DNA of 64,000 nt from a virus (lineage: Duplodnaviria > Caudoviricetes): IMG/VR virus record IMGVR_UViG_3300013426_000014, positions 96,001-160,000 of that record; one strand, given 5' to 3'. Position numbers and translations under genes: made by a program. Numbering within the stretch: position 1 is the first letter of the stretch; each line of letters opens with the position of its first letter. Shown here piece by piece: positions 36,576 through 45,094 of this stretch. The notes under the pieces are model-generated. The model saw only the letters and a program-made list of their open reading frames with translations, was not told the DNA's origin and ran no database searches.

Positions 36576-38243
36576 ATGAGGATAACTGAATTGCAGTGGA
36601 GGAATCTGTTCTCGTACGGGAACGACATACAGACGTTGGATCTGTCAGACGGCGGCAAGCTCTGGCAAGTTGCCGGCAGGTCCGGCGCCGGCAAGTCTGT
36701 CATCATGTCGCTGCCGAAGCTTCTTTTCTTCGGCAGAACGGACGGCGTGTCAGTCAACTCGGTCGCGAACAGGATCAACAAGAACGGTTGGCTTCGCGGC
36801 GTGGTGTCAAAAAACGGTGACACGTACGTCATAGAGCGGACGTTTTCGCCGTCAGGACTTACCGTGTCGAAGAACGGTGTCGATATAGACAAGGCTGGCA
36901 AGAAGAATATGGAGGACGTCATATCGCAGGAAATACTGGACGGCATGCCGTACCACATCTTCGCGAACGTCATTAACCTGTCGCTCAAGAAGTTCAAGTC
37001 ATTCATATCGATGACGCCGGCGGATAAGCGGCTGATCATTGACCGGATATTTTCGCTTGACGTGCTCAACGCGGTCCATGAGATGGTGGCGAAGGACATC
37101 AGGGACGTCGGAAATGTCATCAATATGAACAAGGGACAGATATTCACCATCGAACAGAACATAAAAAGGTCGGAGGACGAACTTGATCGACTGACAAAAA
37201 AGACCGCGGAGGAGGACACTGCCGCCGCCGCGGAGCTTGAGACGAGCATCACCCGGATCGATGGGGAGATTAACAAGCAGAAGACAGACGAGGAGAAGTA
37301 CACGGCGAAATCGCTTGAGCTGATACAGAAGTCCGGCGCGGTGAAAAACGCCCTTTCCGGCATGCGCTTCGAACTGAACAATGTACTTAATATGATCGCG
37401 CTGTATAATCAGAACAAGTGTCCTACATGCGGGACGCCGTTCACCGGCGCCGGCTTCGACGAGGTTCGGAAAGGTCTCGCGGACAAGAAAGCGGAGATAG
37501 AGACGAACATATCGCAATATGACGCGGCAGTCCGGTCGTACGACGACATGATATCAAAGGTTGACACATGCGTCCAGACACTCAGGAACAATGTACAGTC
37601 GCTCGACCGGCTTAGATCCGCCGCCGTCATCAAGCTGAATGACATCCGGTCGGCGGAAGGACGCCGCGGGCAGGCGGCGGCGATCAACAACATCATAACG
37701 GCGGCGAAGGAGAGCAAGGTCGAGATGGACAAGATCGTCGGCGAGAACACCGCCAACATGGAATGCCTTAACATCCTTGAGGAACTTTACGGGTCGGACG
37801 GCGTGAAGAAGGAGATGATGACGGCGTATTTGCCGGAGTTGAATGAAGATATCATGTCGTCGCTGTCGTCGATGTCATTTCCGTACTCACTCGAGTTTGA
37901 CGGAAACTTTGACCCGCACATCGACGATCTTGGTGAGGAAATATCGCCCGACACTTTGAGCGAGGGGGAGCGCAAGCGCGTCGATATTGCGGTCATATGC
38001 GCGCTCGTCAAGCTGATAAAACGGAAATATCCGCAGCTCAACATGATAGCGCTCGACGAAACGTTGGGATCGTTGGATCCGGAGACGTCATGTGACTTGT
38101 TGAGATACCTCGGCGAGCTTGCTGAAGAAATCGACATCAACGTGTTTATCGTGAGTCACGCCGCCCTTGATGAGTCGTTGTTCGACAAAAGGATCACGGT
38201 CACGAAGGAGAACGGTTTCAGCTCGATCGACATATCGGCATAA
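36576..38243 (+). CDS. Recombination ATPase, Rad50/SbcC/T4 gp46-like
   Basis: GRSGAGKS, CPTCG zinc hook, LSEGERKR signature, LDE Walker B, IVSH; no TGA. Confidence 0.93.
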   Translation: MRITELQWRNLFSYGNDIQTLDLSDGGKLWQVAGRSGAGKSVIMSLPKLLFFGRTDGVSVNSVANRINKNGWLRGVVSKNGDTYVIERTFSPSGLTVSKNGVDIDKAGKKNMEDVISQEILDGMPYHIFANVINLSLKKFKSFISMTPADKRLIIDRIFSLDVLNAVHEMVAKDIRDVGNVINMNKGQIFTIEQNIKRSEDELDRLTKKTAEEDTAAAAELETSITRIDGEINKQKTDEEKYTAKSLELIQKSGAVKNALSGMRFELNNVLNMIALYNQNKCPTCGTPFTGAGFDEVRKGLADKKAEIETNISQYDAAVRSYDDMISKVDTCVQTLRNNVQSLDRLRSAAVIKLNDIRSAEGRRGQAAAINNIITAAKESKVEMDKIVGENTANMECLNILEELYGSDGVKKEMMTAYLPELNEDIMSSLSSMSFPYSLEFDGNFDPHIDDLGEEISPDTLSEGERKRVDIAVICALVKLIKRKYPQLNMIALDETLGSLDPETSCDLLRYLGELAEEIDINVFIVSHAALDESLFDKRITVTKENGFSSIDISA

Positions 38244-38328
38244 GGTGTAAATAATTGAAAAATGACAGGGACGTGAACAACGTTCCCGTTTTTTGTTTTA
38301 TATTCGCGGTATCATAAAATAACATATT

Positions 38329-38916
38329 ATGAAAAGAATTATAACTATTATCACATTATTGTTCTTTTACACATTTGCTTCTGCACAAAAGACAAGTTAC
38401 AAAGAAACGATACAAAATTGGAACAGCGGATTTACATTGGGAATGAATTGCGGTATTGTTCCGTCTGTTATACGTTCTGACATGCACGGCGCGGCCGGCG
38501 CATTCATCGGGCTTAACCTGAATATTGCAGGATTTGATATAAATGCGCATTTCAAAAGCAGAAAACATGGAAGTACGATAGAAGTCGGCAAATGGGAAGA
38601 TGAATATAGAGGCGCATTATATCAATTTGGATACAGATTACCGGTTATTTCAAAATGGGTATGTGTAACTCCTTTATTGGGATTATATAAAGAACAATGG
38701 GGTACGACAAACGGTTATGAATACACGATTGATCATAATGGCAGTATCACGAATGGATATAATATTGATATGACAATACTTGATTTTGATTACGGTGGAA
38801 AAATCGAAATAGCTGTAACACGGAATTCCAATATCAGAATGTTATGTTCAATAACAGTGACCAATCATTTTGTTTCTTATGGCATCGCGTTACATTGTTC
38901 GCCTATTTGTTTTTAA
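38329..38916 (+). CDS. Signal-peptide-bearing outer-membrane beta-barrel-like protein (AT-rich moron)
   Basis: MKRIITIITLLFFYTFASAQ signal peptide; alternating G/aromatic strands (YQFGYRLP, FDYGGKIEI); lower GC than flanks. Confidence 0.65.
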   Translation: MKRIITIITLLFFYTFASAQKTSYKETIQNWNSGFTLGMNCGIVPSVIRSDMHGAAGAFIGLNLNIAGFDINAHFKSRKHGSTIEVGKWEDEYRGALYQFGYRLPVISKWVCVTPLLGLYKEQWGTTNGYEYTIDHNGSITNGYNIDMTILDFDYGGKIEIAVTRNSNIRMLCSITVTNHFVSYGIALHCSPICF

Positions 38917-38973
38917 GATAAAATAAATTGATACATAATCACATATAATTTTTGAAATATAAATCAGAAAGTT

Positions 38974-39756
38974 ATGTGATCAAGTCATAATGAAACCGAA
39001 TTCTTCAAAGGTGAGTTCGTGCTCGACCGGCAGATAGAAGATTTCTGCACTTCATATTCTGGAGCGCCATATGATTATGAGTTTATTAGGACTGTTGAGG
39101 ACGGGCTGCAGGAACGATTGAACAACACCGAATGGGTGTCGACAGAGACGGGACGGCGGAAAGATGGGACGATCATAGACCAGTACTCGATACCGTCTGC
39201 CGATGGTTTCGGCAGCAGGGCGGAGAATTACGTGTACAACGCCCTTGTCGATATGGATATCGTCGACGAGCCGAAGAATCCGAATGGCCCAATGAAGTTT
39301 CCCGACTATATCGCGAAAAATGGGACATGGATCGATTCAAAGGCGGTGATTTGTAAAAGTCCGAAACGGAAAACTGGACGGTGGATCCCGAACTATAATT
39401 CGGGTTTGGGCGACAGGGACGAGATACTGAAAACAGTCGAGCACTTGAAAACGTGACGAAATCACAATTCGGAATCATCGGCGTTGATAATTCTGACATT
39501 TTACGCCATACAGAACGGGTATATCGAATTACTGTATGTCAAAGTTGTGCCGGAGTTGCTTTACATATCAGTGTACAAGGATCTGCATGACTTTCAGATG
39601 AAAAGAGTCGACCGGAAAACCGGCGAGATCAAGAACGCGAACGTGCAGGGACGGCTGACTGTCAGGACGTACACGGATAATAATAAATCATCCGCCGTCT
39701 ATATCGACAGACTGTTCGACACGGTGGACAATATTCGGAAACGGGAGAAACGATAA
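38974..39756 (+). CDS. PD-(D/E)xK restriction-endonuclease-like protein, 260 aa with TGA=Trp
   Basis: FGSRAENYV...KFPDYIAKNGTWIDSKA; ATG-TGA start in frame; joined across TGA at 39454. Confidence 0.6.
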
Positions 39757-39759
39757 ACG

Positions 39760-39788
39760 AACGGCGGATTGCACATCCGCCGTTTTTT
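39760..39788 (+). terminator. Rho-independent terminator
   Basis: AACGGCGGAT-TGCAC-ATCCGCCGTTTTTT. Confidence 0.8.
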
Positions 39789-39827
39789 AATAAATATCAA
39801 GAACGTAATAGAACGTAATCGGTAATC

Positions 39828-40076
39828 ATGGAAAAACTGTCGGCGAAAGGGGTCAAGATACAGAGAATGATACATGACCTGTATACGGAATGCCTATCGT
39901 ACTGCCGCGCGGCGGAAAAGATCGGCGCGTGCCGTCAGGAACGGACGTACAAGATCGCCGACACACTTGATACGTTCCTTTCAAGATTCATCAACCTGAA
40001 CAATCATGTCATCGCCGTCGAGAACGACAGGGAAACTGACACATCCGGCACAATATATCCGGATCGTCATATTTAG
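39828..40076 (+). CDS. Hypothetical protein, 82 aa
   Basis: Clean ORF after AATAAATA; TAG stop. Confidence 0.6.
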   Translation: MEKLSAKGVKIQRMIHDLYTECLSYCRAAEKIGACRQERTYKIADTLDTFLSRFINLNNHVIAVENDRETDTSGTIYPDRHI

Positions 40077-40224
40077 CGCGTATTTCACTTCTGACGCGAT
40101 GTTATGTATCATATGCGCAATCTATCATTTACTATAAAATCGCGCGTCTGGACGTGAATAAACAGTCAAGAAACAAATTTGAATAAAATAATCGGAAACA
40201 TGTACGTGTTTCCGAATTTTTTAT

Positions 40225-40232
40225 TATATTTG
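40225..40232 (+). promoter_or_regulatory. Bacteroidota sigma-A -7 element (TAnnTTTG)
   Basis: TATATTTG just upstream of ATG 40237; related TATATTCG at 33312 and 38299. Confidence 0.45.
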
Positions 40233-40236
40233 CGGT

Positions 40237-40632
40237 ATGAATGATTCTTGCAGTATTATGACGAAAGTAAACCGCAGACAATATACGCCGAAACGTTGGC
40301 GGAGGATGATCGATATGCTGATACCGGACGCCGATAATGACGATCTGCTTAATTACGACAACAGGCACCGATCTGCATGGTATACAATTAATATCGAATG
40401 CAGAAACAAGCTTTTTATTGATCCGGACAAGGACCGTGTCTGTGGCATCCGGTCTGGCATTATATTGCCACATCTCCGAATGGAGCCGATGCTGCCGGCG
40501 AGGTATGAGAAGCGGACAGAAATGTTCAGTAATCTTCTATACGGACAGAGCGTGAAGCGCCGCATTGTCGTTTGGTACCCGACACCGAAACAGTATGGTG
40601 ATTACGGAAGGATTTCACCGGGACGGACATAA
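40237..40632 (+). CDS. Hypothetical protein, 131 aa
   Basis: ORF track; TAA stop. Confidence 0.6.
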   Translation: MNDSCSIMTKVNRRQYTPKRWRRMIDMLIPDADNDDLLNYDNRHRSAWYTINIECRNKLFIDPDKDRVCGIRSGIILPHLRMEPMLPARYEKRTEMFSNLLYGQSVKRRIVVWYPTPKQYGDYGRISPGRT

Positions 40633-40642
40633 ATAAAATGAT

Positions 40643-40960
40643 ATGACACCGGAATGGAACAGCAAAAAGAAAAAATTCGCGTCGTCACGTTATTATTGCG
40701 TGACGCGGACGTATTCGCCGTCATTCAAGAATCCGGGAATGCAGAACGTCACGTGCAGTATATACGCGGCGGACGACATTAATACTGTCACCGCATATTC
40801 ACAGACAGAGCCGAAGATCAAGGTGACATATCAGATAACGGATGACGAATGGCGCCGTAGGATGGAGTTGAATGAATCTGATTCACTCCGCCGGCGCGGA
40901 AAGGATATGTGGTATTCAAGTGTAATTTTCTCTTATCCGATGTCAACTAAAGAATCATAA
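40643..40960 (+). CDS. Hypothetical protein, 105 aa
   Basis: ORF track; tandem with previous gene. Confidence 0.6.
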   Translation: MTPEWNSKKKKFASSRYYCVTRTYSPSFKNPGMQNVTCSIYAADDINTVTAYSQTEPKIKVTYQITDDEWRRRMELNESDSLRRRGKDMWYSSVIFSYPMSTKES

Positions 40961-41048
40961 CGGAACACGAATAATTTTACGGAATGCCTGATATAATTTA
41001 TATCAGGTTAATTTATTATATTGCTTGACAAACATAAAAGATTTCTGT

Positions 41049-41360
41049 ATGGAATACAGGCTGGTCGAGCCGTACGAGCGGAAGGCGAGATCGATCGAGG
41101 AAAGTCTCGGCGGGCTCGACACGATAAAGGCGGGGACGCCGACAGAACGGGTCGTGATAAAGATGCGGATGGCCGGGGCGCCATACGCGCGAATACAGTC
41201 GGCGCTGGGCATGATACCAAAACGGACGATATCGATGATACTGAAGGAGAACGCTCCGGAGCTGGTGTCGATTGATGTGAATAATCACAAAATACCTGAT
41301 GACCTGCATAAGGATTATGACTGATCATGAGATGATTTCTGCCGCAAAAAGATAAGATAA
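41049..41360 (+). CDS. Small HTH-like DNA-binding protein, about 103 aa with TGA=Trp
   Basis: ERVVIKMRMAGAPYARIQSALGMIPKRTIS helix-turn-helix-like; ends KDYD-W-S-W-DDFCRKKIR* using two TGA. Confidence 0.55.
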
Positions 41361-41367
41361 TGACAAG

Positions 41368-41775
41368 GTGAACATAAATGACATCAAATCGATACGTCAT
41401 GGATCCGCCGTATATGTGGTGTTTCCGGACGGCGACGTTGAGAGACGTACTGTAAGAACCGTGAACTGGACGAATGACGATCCGCCAAAGATATACACGT
41501 ACGGGGATCATGATGATATGAACGCGACATGCGGGCCGTACAGGCCGGACGAGATAGAGGGTGTTCCGCTCGCGCAGATGGATAAATCACAGCTAGTGTC
41601 AGTCGGTTTTGATCCGGATACATGTGTCATATGGCTGAGTGATAACCTGTATTTCTGTAAGGATGAGGACGGCGTCATCTGGCTCGGCTTTGATGAGTAT
41701 TACGTGACGTCAATCGATTTCCTTCATGAGCTGCAAAACATATACTTCGACATAACGAAAAAAGAGCTGCTTTAA
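41368..41775 (+). CDS. Hypothetical phage protein, 135 aa
   Basis: IEGVPL...IDFLHELQNIYFDITKKEL C-terminus resembles small Bacteroidota-phage proteins. Confidence 0.7.
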   Translation: MNINDIKSIRHGSAVYVVFPDGDVERRTVRTVNWTNDDPPKIYTYGDHDDMNATCGPYRPDEIEGVPLAQMDKSQLVSVGFDPDTCVIWLSDNLYFCKDEDGVIWLGFDEYYVTSIDFLHELQNIYFDITKKELL

Positions 41776-41787
41776 CAGCTCTTTTTT
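41760..41787 (+). terminator. Rho-independent terminator
   Basis: AAAAGAGCTG-CTTTAA-CAGCTCTTTTTT. Confidence 0.8.
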
Positions 41788-41951
41788 CATTTACGCGGGC
41801 GATGCCGTGAATCATACGGGCGCCCGCCGCGGGAAGTGACCGCGTTCTGCCCGGTTTTTGTGATGTGTGTCAGGGCGTCACATCGCCCCGCTATATGCGG
41901 AATGTCCGGACTATCCGCATCATATGGAACATATTATTTATCAGCAGATCC

Positions 41952-41959
41952 GATAAATA
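41952..41959 (+). promoter_or_regulatory. Putative late promoter GATAAATA
   Basis: About 24 nt upstream of ATG 41984. Confidence 0.55.
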
Positions 41960-41983
41960 TCAGGTAATTAACAATCATGGATT

Positions 41984-42685
41984 ATGATTAATGAAGAGTT
42001 CGATTTGAGCAAAGTGGACAACGTCGACTGGACTGACACGTTCACCGAGGCGGATGACAACGCGATGAATGACAAGATACAAGAATTCATCGACAAGCAC
42101 GTTGAAATCTTTTATATAGACAAAGACTGACATGCCACATACAACACACCGTCGTTCGCCATCACGACGGACGGGAAGGTTATGCTATGTATGCCGGATG
42201 GTAAACCGTTGGACGAAGGCGTTACCGTGCAAATCGGCGACAAGAACCCGATTAATCGTATCATGAAACCGGGGGATCCATTTGATTCAATAAAAGACAT
42301 GCTTTGCGGCATGAGCCTGGCCGATATGCCTGATACTAAAATCGATGTGATTAATATGGATATTGAACATCTTTACGGTTTGCCGGATTCTGTCGGCGGC
42401 TTATGAGTCACCGATTGCGCGTATCTTGCCGATCTGTCCGGCATACCGAAGAATGTAAACGGCAATCTCAAGCTGAATCTTCACATAACGACATGTGTCA
42501 ACACGATGCCGGAACGAATCAAATACCTATATATAGGAGACGGTTATTTCGATCTGACAAAGGATGTAATCGACATGCTTCCGTATGACATACAATACAT
42601 AAAAGTTGTCTCAACATACGAGCAGCCGGATCAGAAGCTTATCTCGCTTCTTAGTGGACATTGTAAAAGTTTGACGACAAAATAA
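41984..42685 (+). CDS. Phage LRR-like protein, 233 aa with TGA=Trp
   Basis: MINEEFDL start; LYGLPDSVGGL-W-VTDCAYLADLSGIPKNVNGNL LRR-like units; TGA at 42128 and 42404. Confidence 0.65.
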
Positions 42686-43807
42686 TTATATCGAGACAAT
42701 GTCGAACAGTCCGTCACTCCAGTATCTTTTGTCATAGAAATTGATATATCTGGTATTGGGATTCATCTTTGCCCACTTGACGACGTCATTGACATCCCAT
42801 TTCTTCGCGTCGGGGATATTGTTTTCCCTTCTGAACATGTTCCACAGGAAAACCTTCCCGCCTTCTTTGATCTTGTCAACAGCATGCGCCCTGCCGGTAT
42901 CATCGTCGTCGAACAACCACCGGAAATCACCCATGAACGGCATCGTCTTCGCCGCGCCGCACAGCGCTATTGCGTTCTTTATAAGAAACGCGTCGAGCGG
43001 TCCCTCCGTTACAATTACCGGTCTCGTATAATCGACGGTAAGTGAGTTGAACACCATCGACAGCGTGTCTATCTCCGGCGGGACGGTGACATTTAGCGTC
43101 AGGATGTTCTTCATCATCATGCCGTAAATATTGGTCAGGTTAAACGTCCTGTACTTCGGCTCGTTTTTCGGCCGATTCTTTTTGAGCGATCTCGTCTGCA
43201 CACCGAATATCCGTCCGGATTTAGTAAGGTTCAATATATATAGTTCGTCTTTCTTGACCGAATACAGAAATCTTGACCGGTCAAACTGCATCCTGTTTTT
43301 AAGATATACATCCGCTTTATTTTCTACCGCCTCGTCGAGTCGCAGCAGCGATTTGAATGTCTCGCGCCTGAACGCAAACTTGTCGACCTCCGCTTGATCA
43401 TATATCTCGATCGACACACTGACAGACGAATCGCCCGCGCTGACGTCCGCCGGCTTATTCGCCGTGACATAATCGATGATGTCAAGTGGCACGGATCCAC
43501 CGCTGTATTTCTTCAGGAACTCGGTCACCGGCATCGACACGCCGCAATTAAAGCATTTGTACAAGTTCGCGAAACGGCCGGACAGTCCAATGTTCGCCCG
43601 TTTTTTCGACGGGTCAGACATCGAGTCACCACAGACGGGGCAGCAAAAATTAAGCCGGTTCGACTGCCGGCGCACGTTCTGCCTCCGCCTGTCGTCCGGA
43701 AATCGACGCTCAAGAATATCACCGACCATCGCCGCGAGCCGGTCGCTGTACTCCTCCGGCGTCAAATCGTTCTGACCGAATAGTTTGTCGATTTTGCTGC
43801 TGTCCAT
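42686..43807 (-). CDS. DNA primase (T4 gp61-like)
   Basis: CCPVCGDS...YKCFNCG zinc ribbon, VTEGPLDA and FDDD TOPRIM motifs; no TGA. Confidence 0.88.
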   Translation of the reverse strand: MDSSKIDKLFGQNDLTPEEYSDRLAAMVGDILERRFPDDRRRQNVRRQSNRLNFCCPVCGDSMSDPSKKRANIGLSGRFANLYKCFNCGVSMPVTEFLKKYSGGSVPLDIIDYVTANKPADVSAGDSSVSVSIEIYDQAEVDKFAFRRETFKSLLRLDEAVENKADVYLKNRMQFDRSRFLYSVKKDELYILNLTKSGRIFGVQTRSLKKNRPKNEPKYRTFNLTNIYGMMMKNILTLNVTVPPEIDTLSMVFNSLTVDYTRPVIVTEGPLDAFLIKNAIALCGAAKTMPFMGDFRWLFDDDDTGRAHAVDKIKEGGKVFLWNMFRRENNIPDAKKWDVNDVVKWAKMNPNTRYINFYDKRYWSDGLFDIVSI

Positions 43808-43864
43808 AATATAAAACCTTATAAAACCTCAAATCATTATATTATTGACATGCCTTGTTTTTTC

Positions 43865-43872
43865 GATAAATA
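43865..43872 (+). promoter_or_regulatory. Putative late promoter GATAAATA
   Basis: About 23 nt upstream of the neck gene ATG at 43896. Confidence 0.6.
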
Positions 43873-43895
43873 TTGGTAGAAATACACCGCGCAAA

Positions 43896-44627
43896 ATGAC
43901 AAGAAAGGAACTGATATCAACCGTCAGCGATGACATAACGATCAGCGGGCAGATGGAGTTGAATATACCGGAAAAAGAGATCAATCGTATAATAGACCAG
44001 GAGGAACGTGTCGCGTACAAGACATGACGCGACACCGTCGAGGTACAGTACGCCGTCATGAATCCTGCCGCGTTCGAGACGGAGGAGTTCAAAGGCAGCA
44101 GATCGATACAGTTGCCGAAGTGCGTGTGGGGGATAAACATGTTCAAGGAGATAAAGGACGGGTCGAGATTCTTTGGTATCAACGACATGGATCTCACAAT
44201 GGACAAGGTGTTCGGGTCAGACCTGTTTCTGAGTCCGTTCTCCAGTGACATCATAACGACGCGGACGGTGACATGGTCGTGATTCGATCTCGCGAAGACG
44301 TTCACACTCACCGACATAGGCTTCAGATTTAATCAGAACTCACACCGGATAACAGTGACAGGACGCACGCCGCGGTTCCCGGTTGTAATACAGGCGTATG
44401 TCGGGATACCGGAGCAGGATCTGTTCGATGATTATTATTTTCAGCGTCTTGTCATCGCGAGGTCGAAGATGCAGCTTCACCGCATGCTCAAGACGTTCGA
44501 CTACCAGGTAGTCGGCGGCGTGCAGATCATAAACACGCTAATGGACGAGGGAAAGTCTGAATATGATTCGATAATCGAGACGAAGCAGAAGCAGGACCCG
44601 GCGGACTGGTTTATCATGACGCCATAA
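43896..44627 (+). CDS. Neck protein (T4 gp13-like), 243 aa with TGA=Trp
   Basis: Three fragments joined at TGA 44025 and 44280; LPKCVWGI and YFQRLVIARSKMQLHRMLKTFDYQVVGGVQI resemble gp13. Confidence 0.7.
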
Positions 44628-44648
44628 TGGAAGGATTCATATAAAAGC

Positions 44649-44673
44649 AAAAGGCCGGAAACACCGGTCTTTT
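44649..44673. terminator. Bidirectional terminator
   Basis: AAAAGGCCGG-AAACA-CCGGTCTTTT between convergent genes. Confidence 0.75.
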
Positions 44674-44702
44674 ATCGTATTATTTCAAAAAAACCAACTA
44701 AA

Positions 44703-45077
44703 TTATTCCGCCGTCACTTCAACCGCCTTCGCCGCGAGCCGGGCGCTCCACTCACGTCATTCCTGCATTTTCTTCATACGGAGTTTGTCCTCGTCCGAAT
44801 CATCGGCATTGAGTATGATGGCAATTTGGTCGTCATTTGAATATCTCGCGTTCACGAACTGTGTCTTGTACGCGGAATATCCCTGCCCGGTTCTCGCCGC
44901 GCATATCGGGATGTCATTAATTCACAGCATCCCCGCCCGTTTTGTCATTGTGTCAAGATCGAGTGACACTTCCGTCACGTTATCTTTCATCGACGTATCC
45001 GTAACGAAATATCTCGCGGCGCCGGCGGAAAGCACCTTGCCGGCGTCGGAGAAAATTCTGTCTTTCAGTATATACAT
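44703..45077 (-). CDS. Tail-fibre-associated small protein, 124 aa (absent from track), TGA=Trp
   Basis: RYSNDDQIAIILN...KMQE-W(TGA)-REWSA; follows the giant fibre gene. Confidence 0.7.
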
Positions 45078-45094
45078 TGTTAATAATCTTCTTT

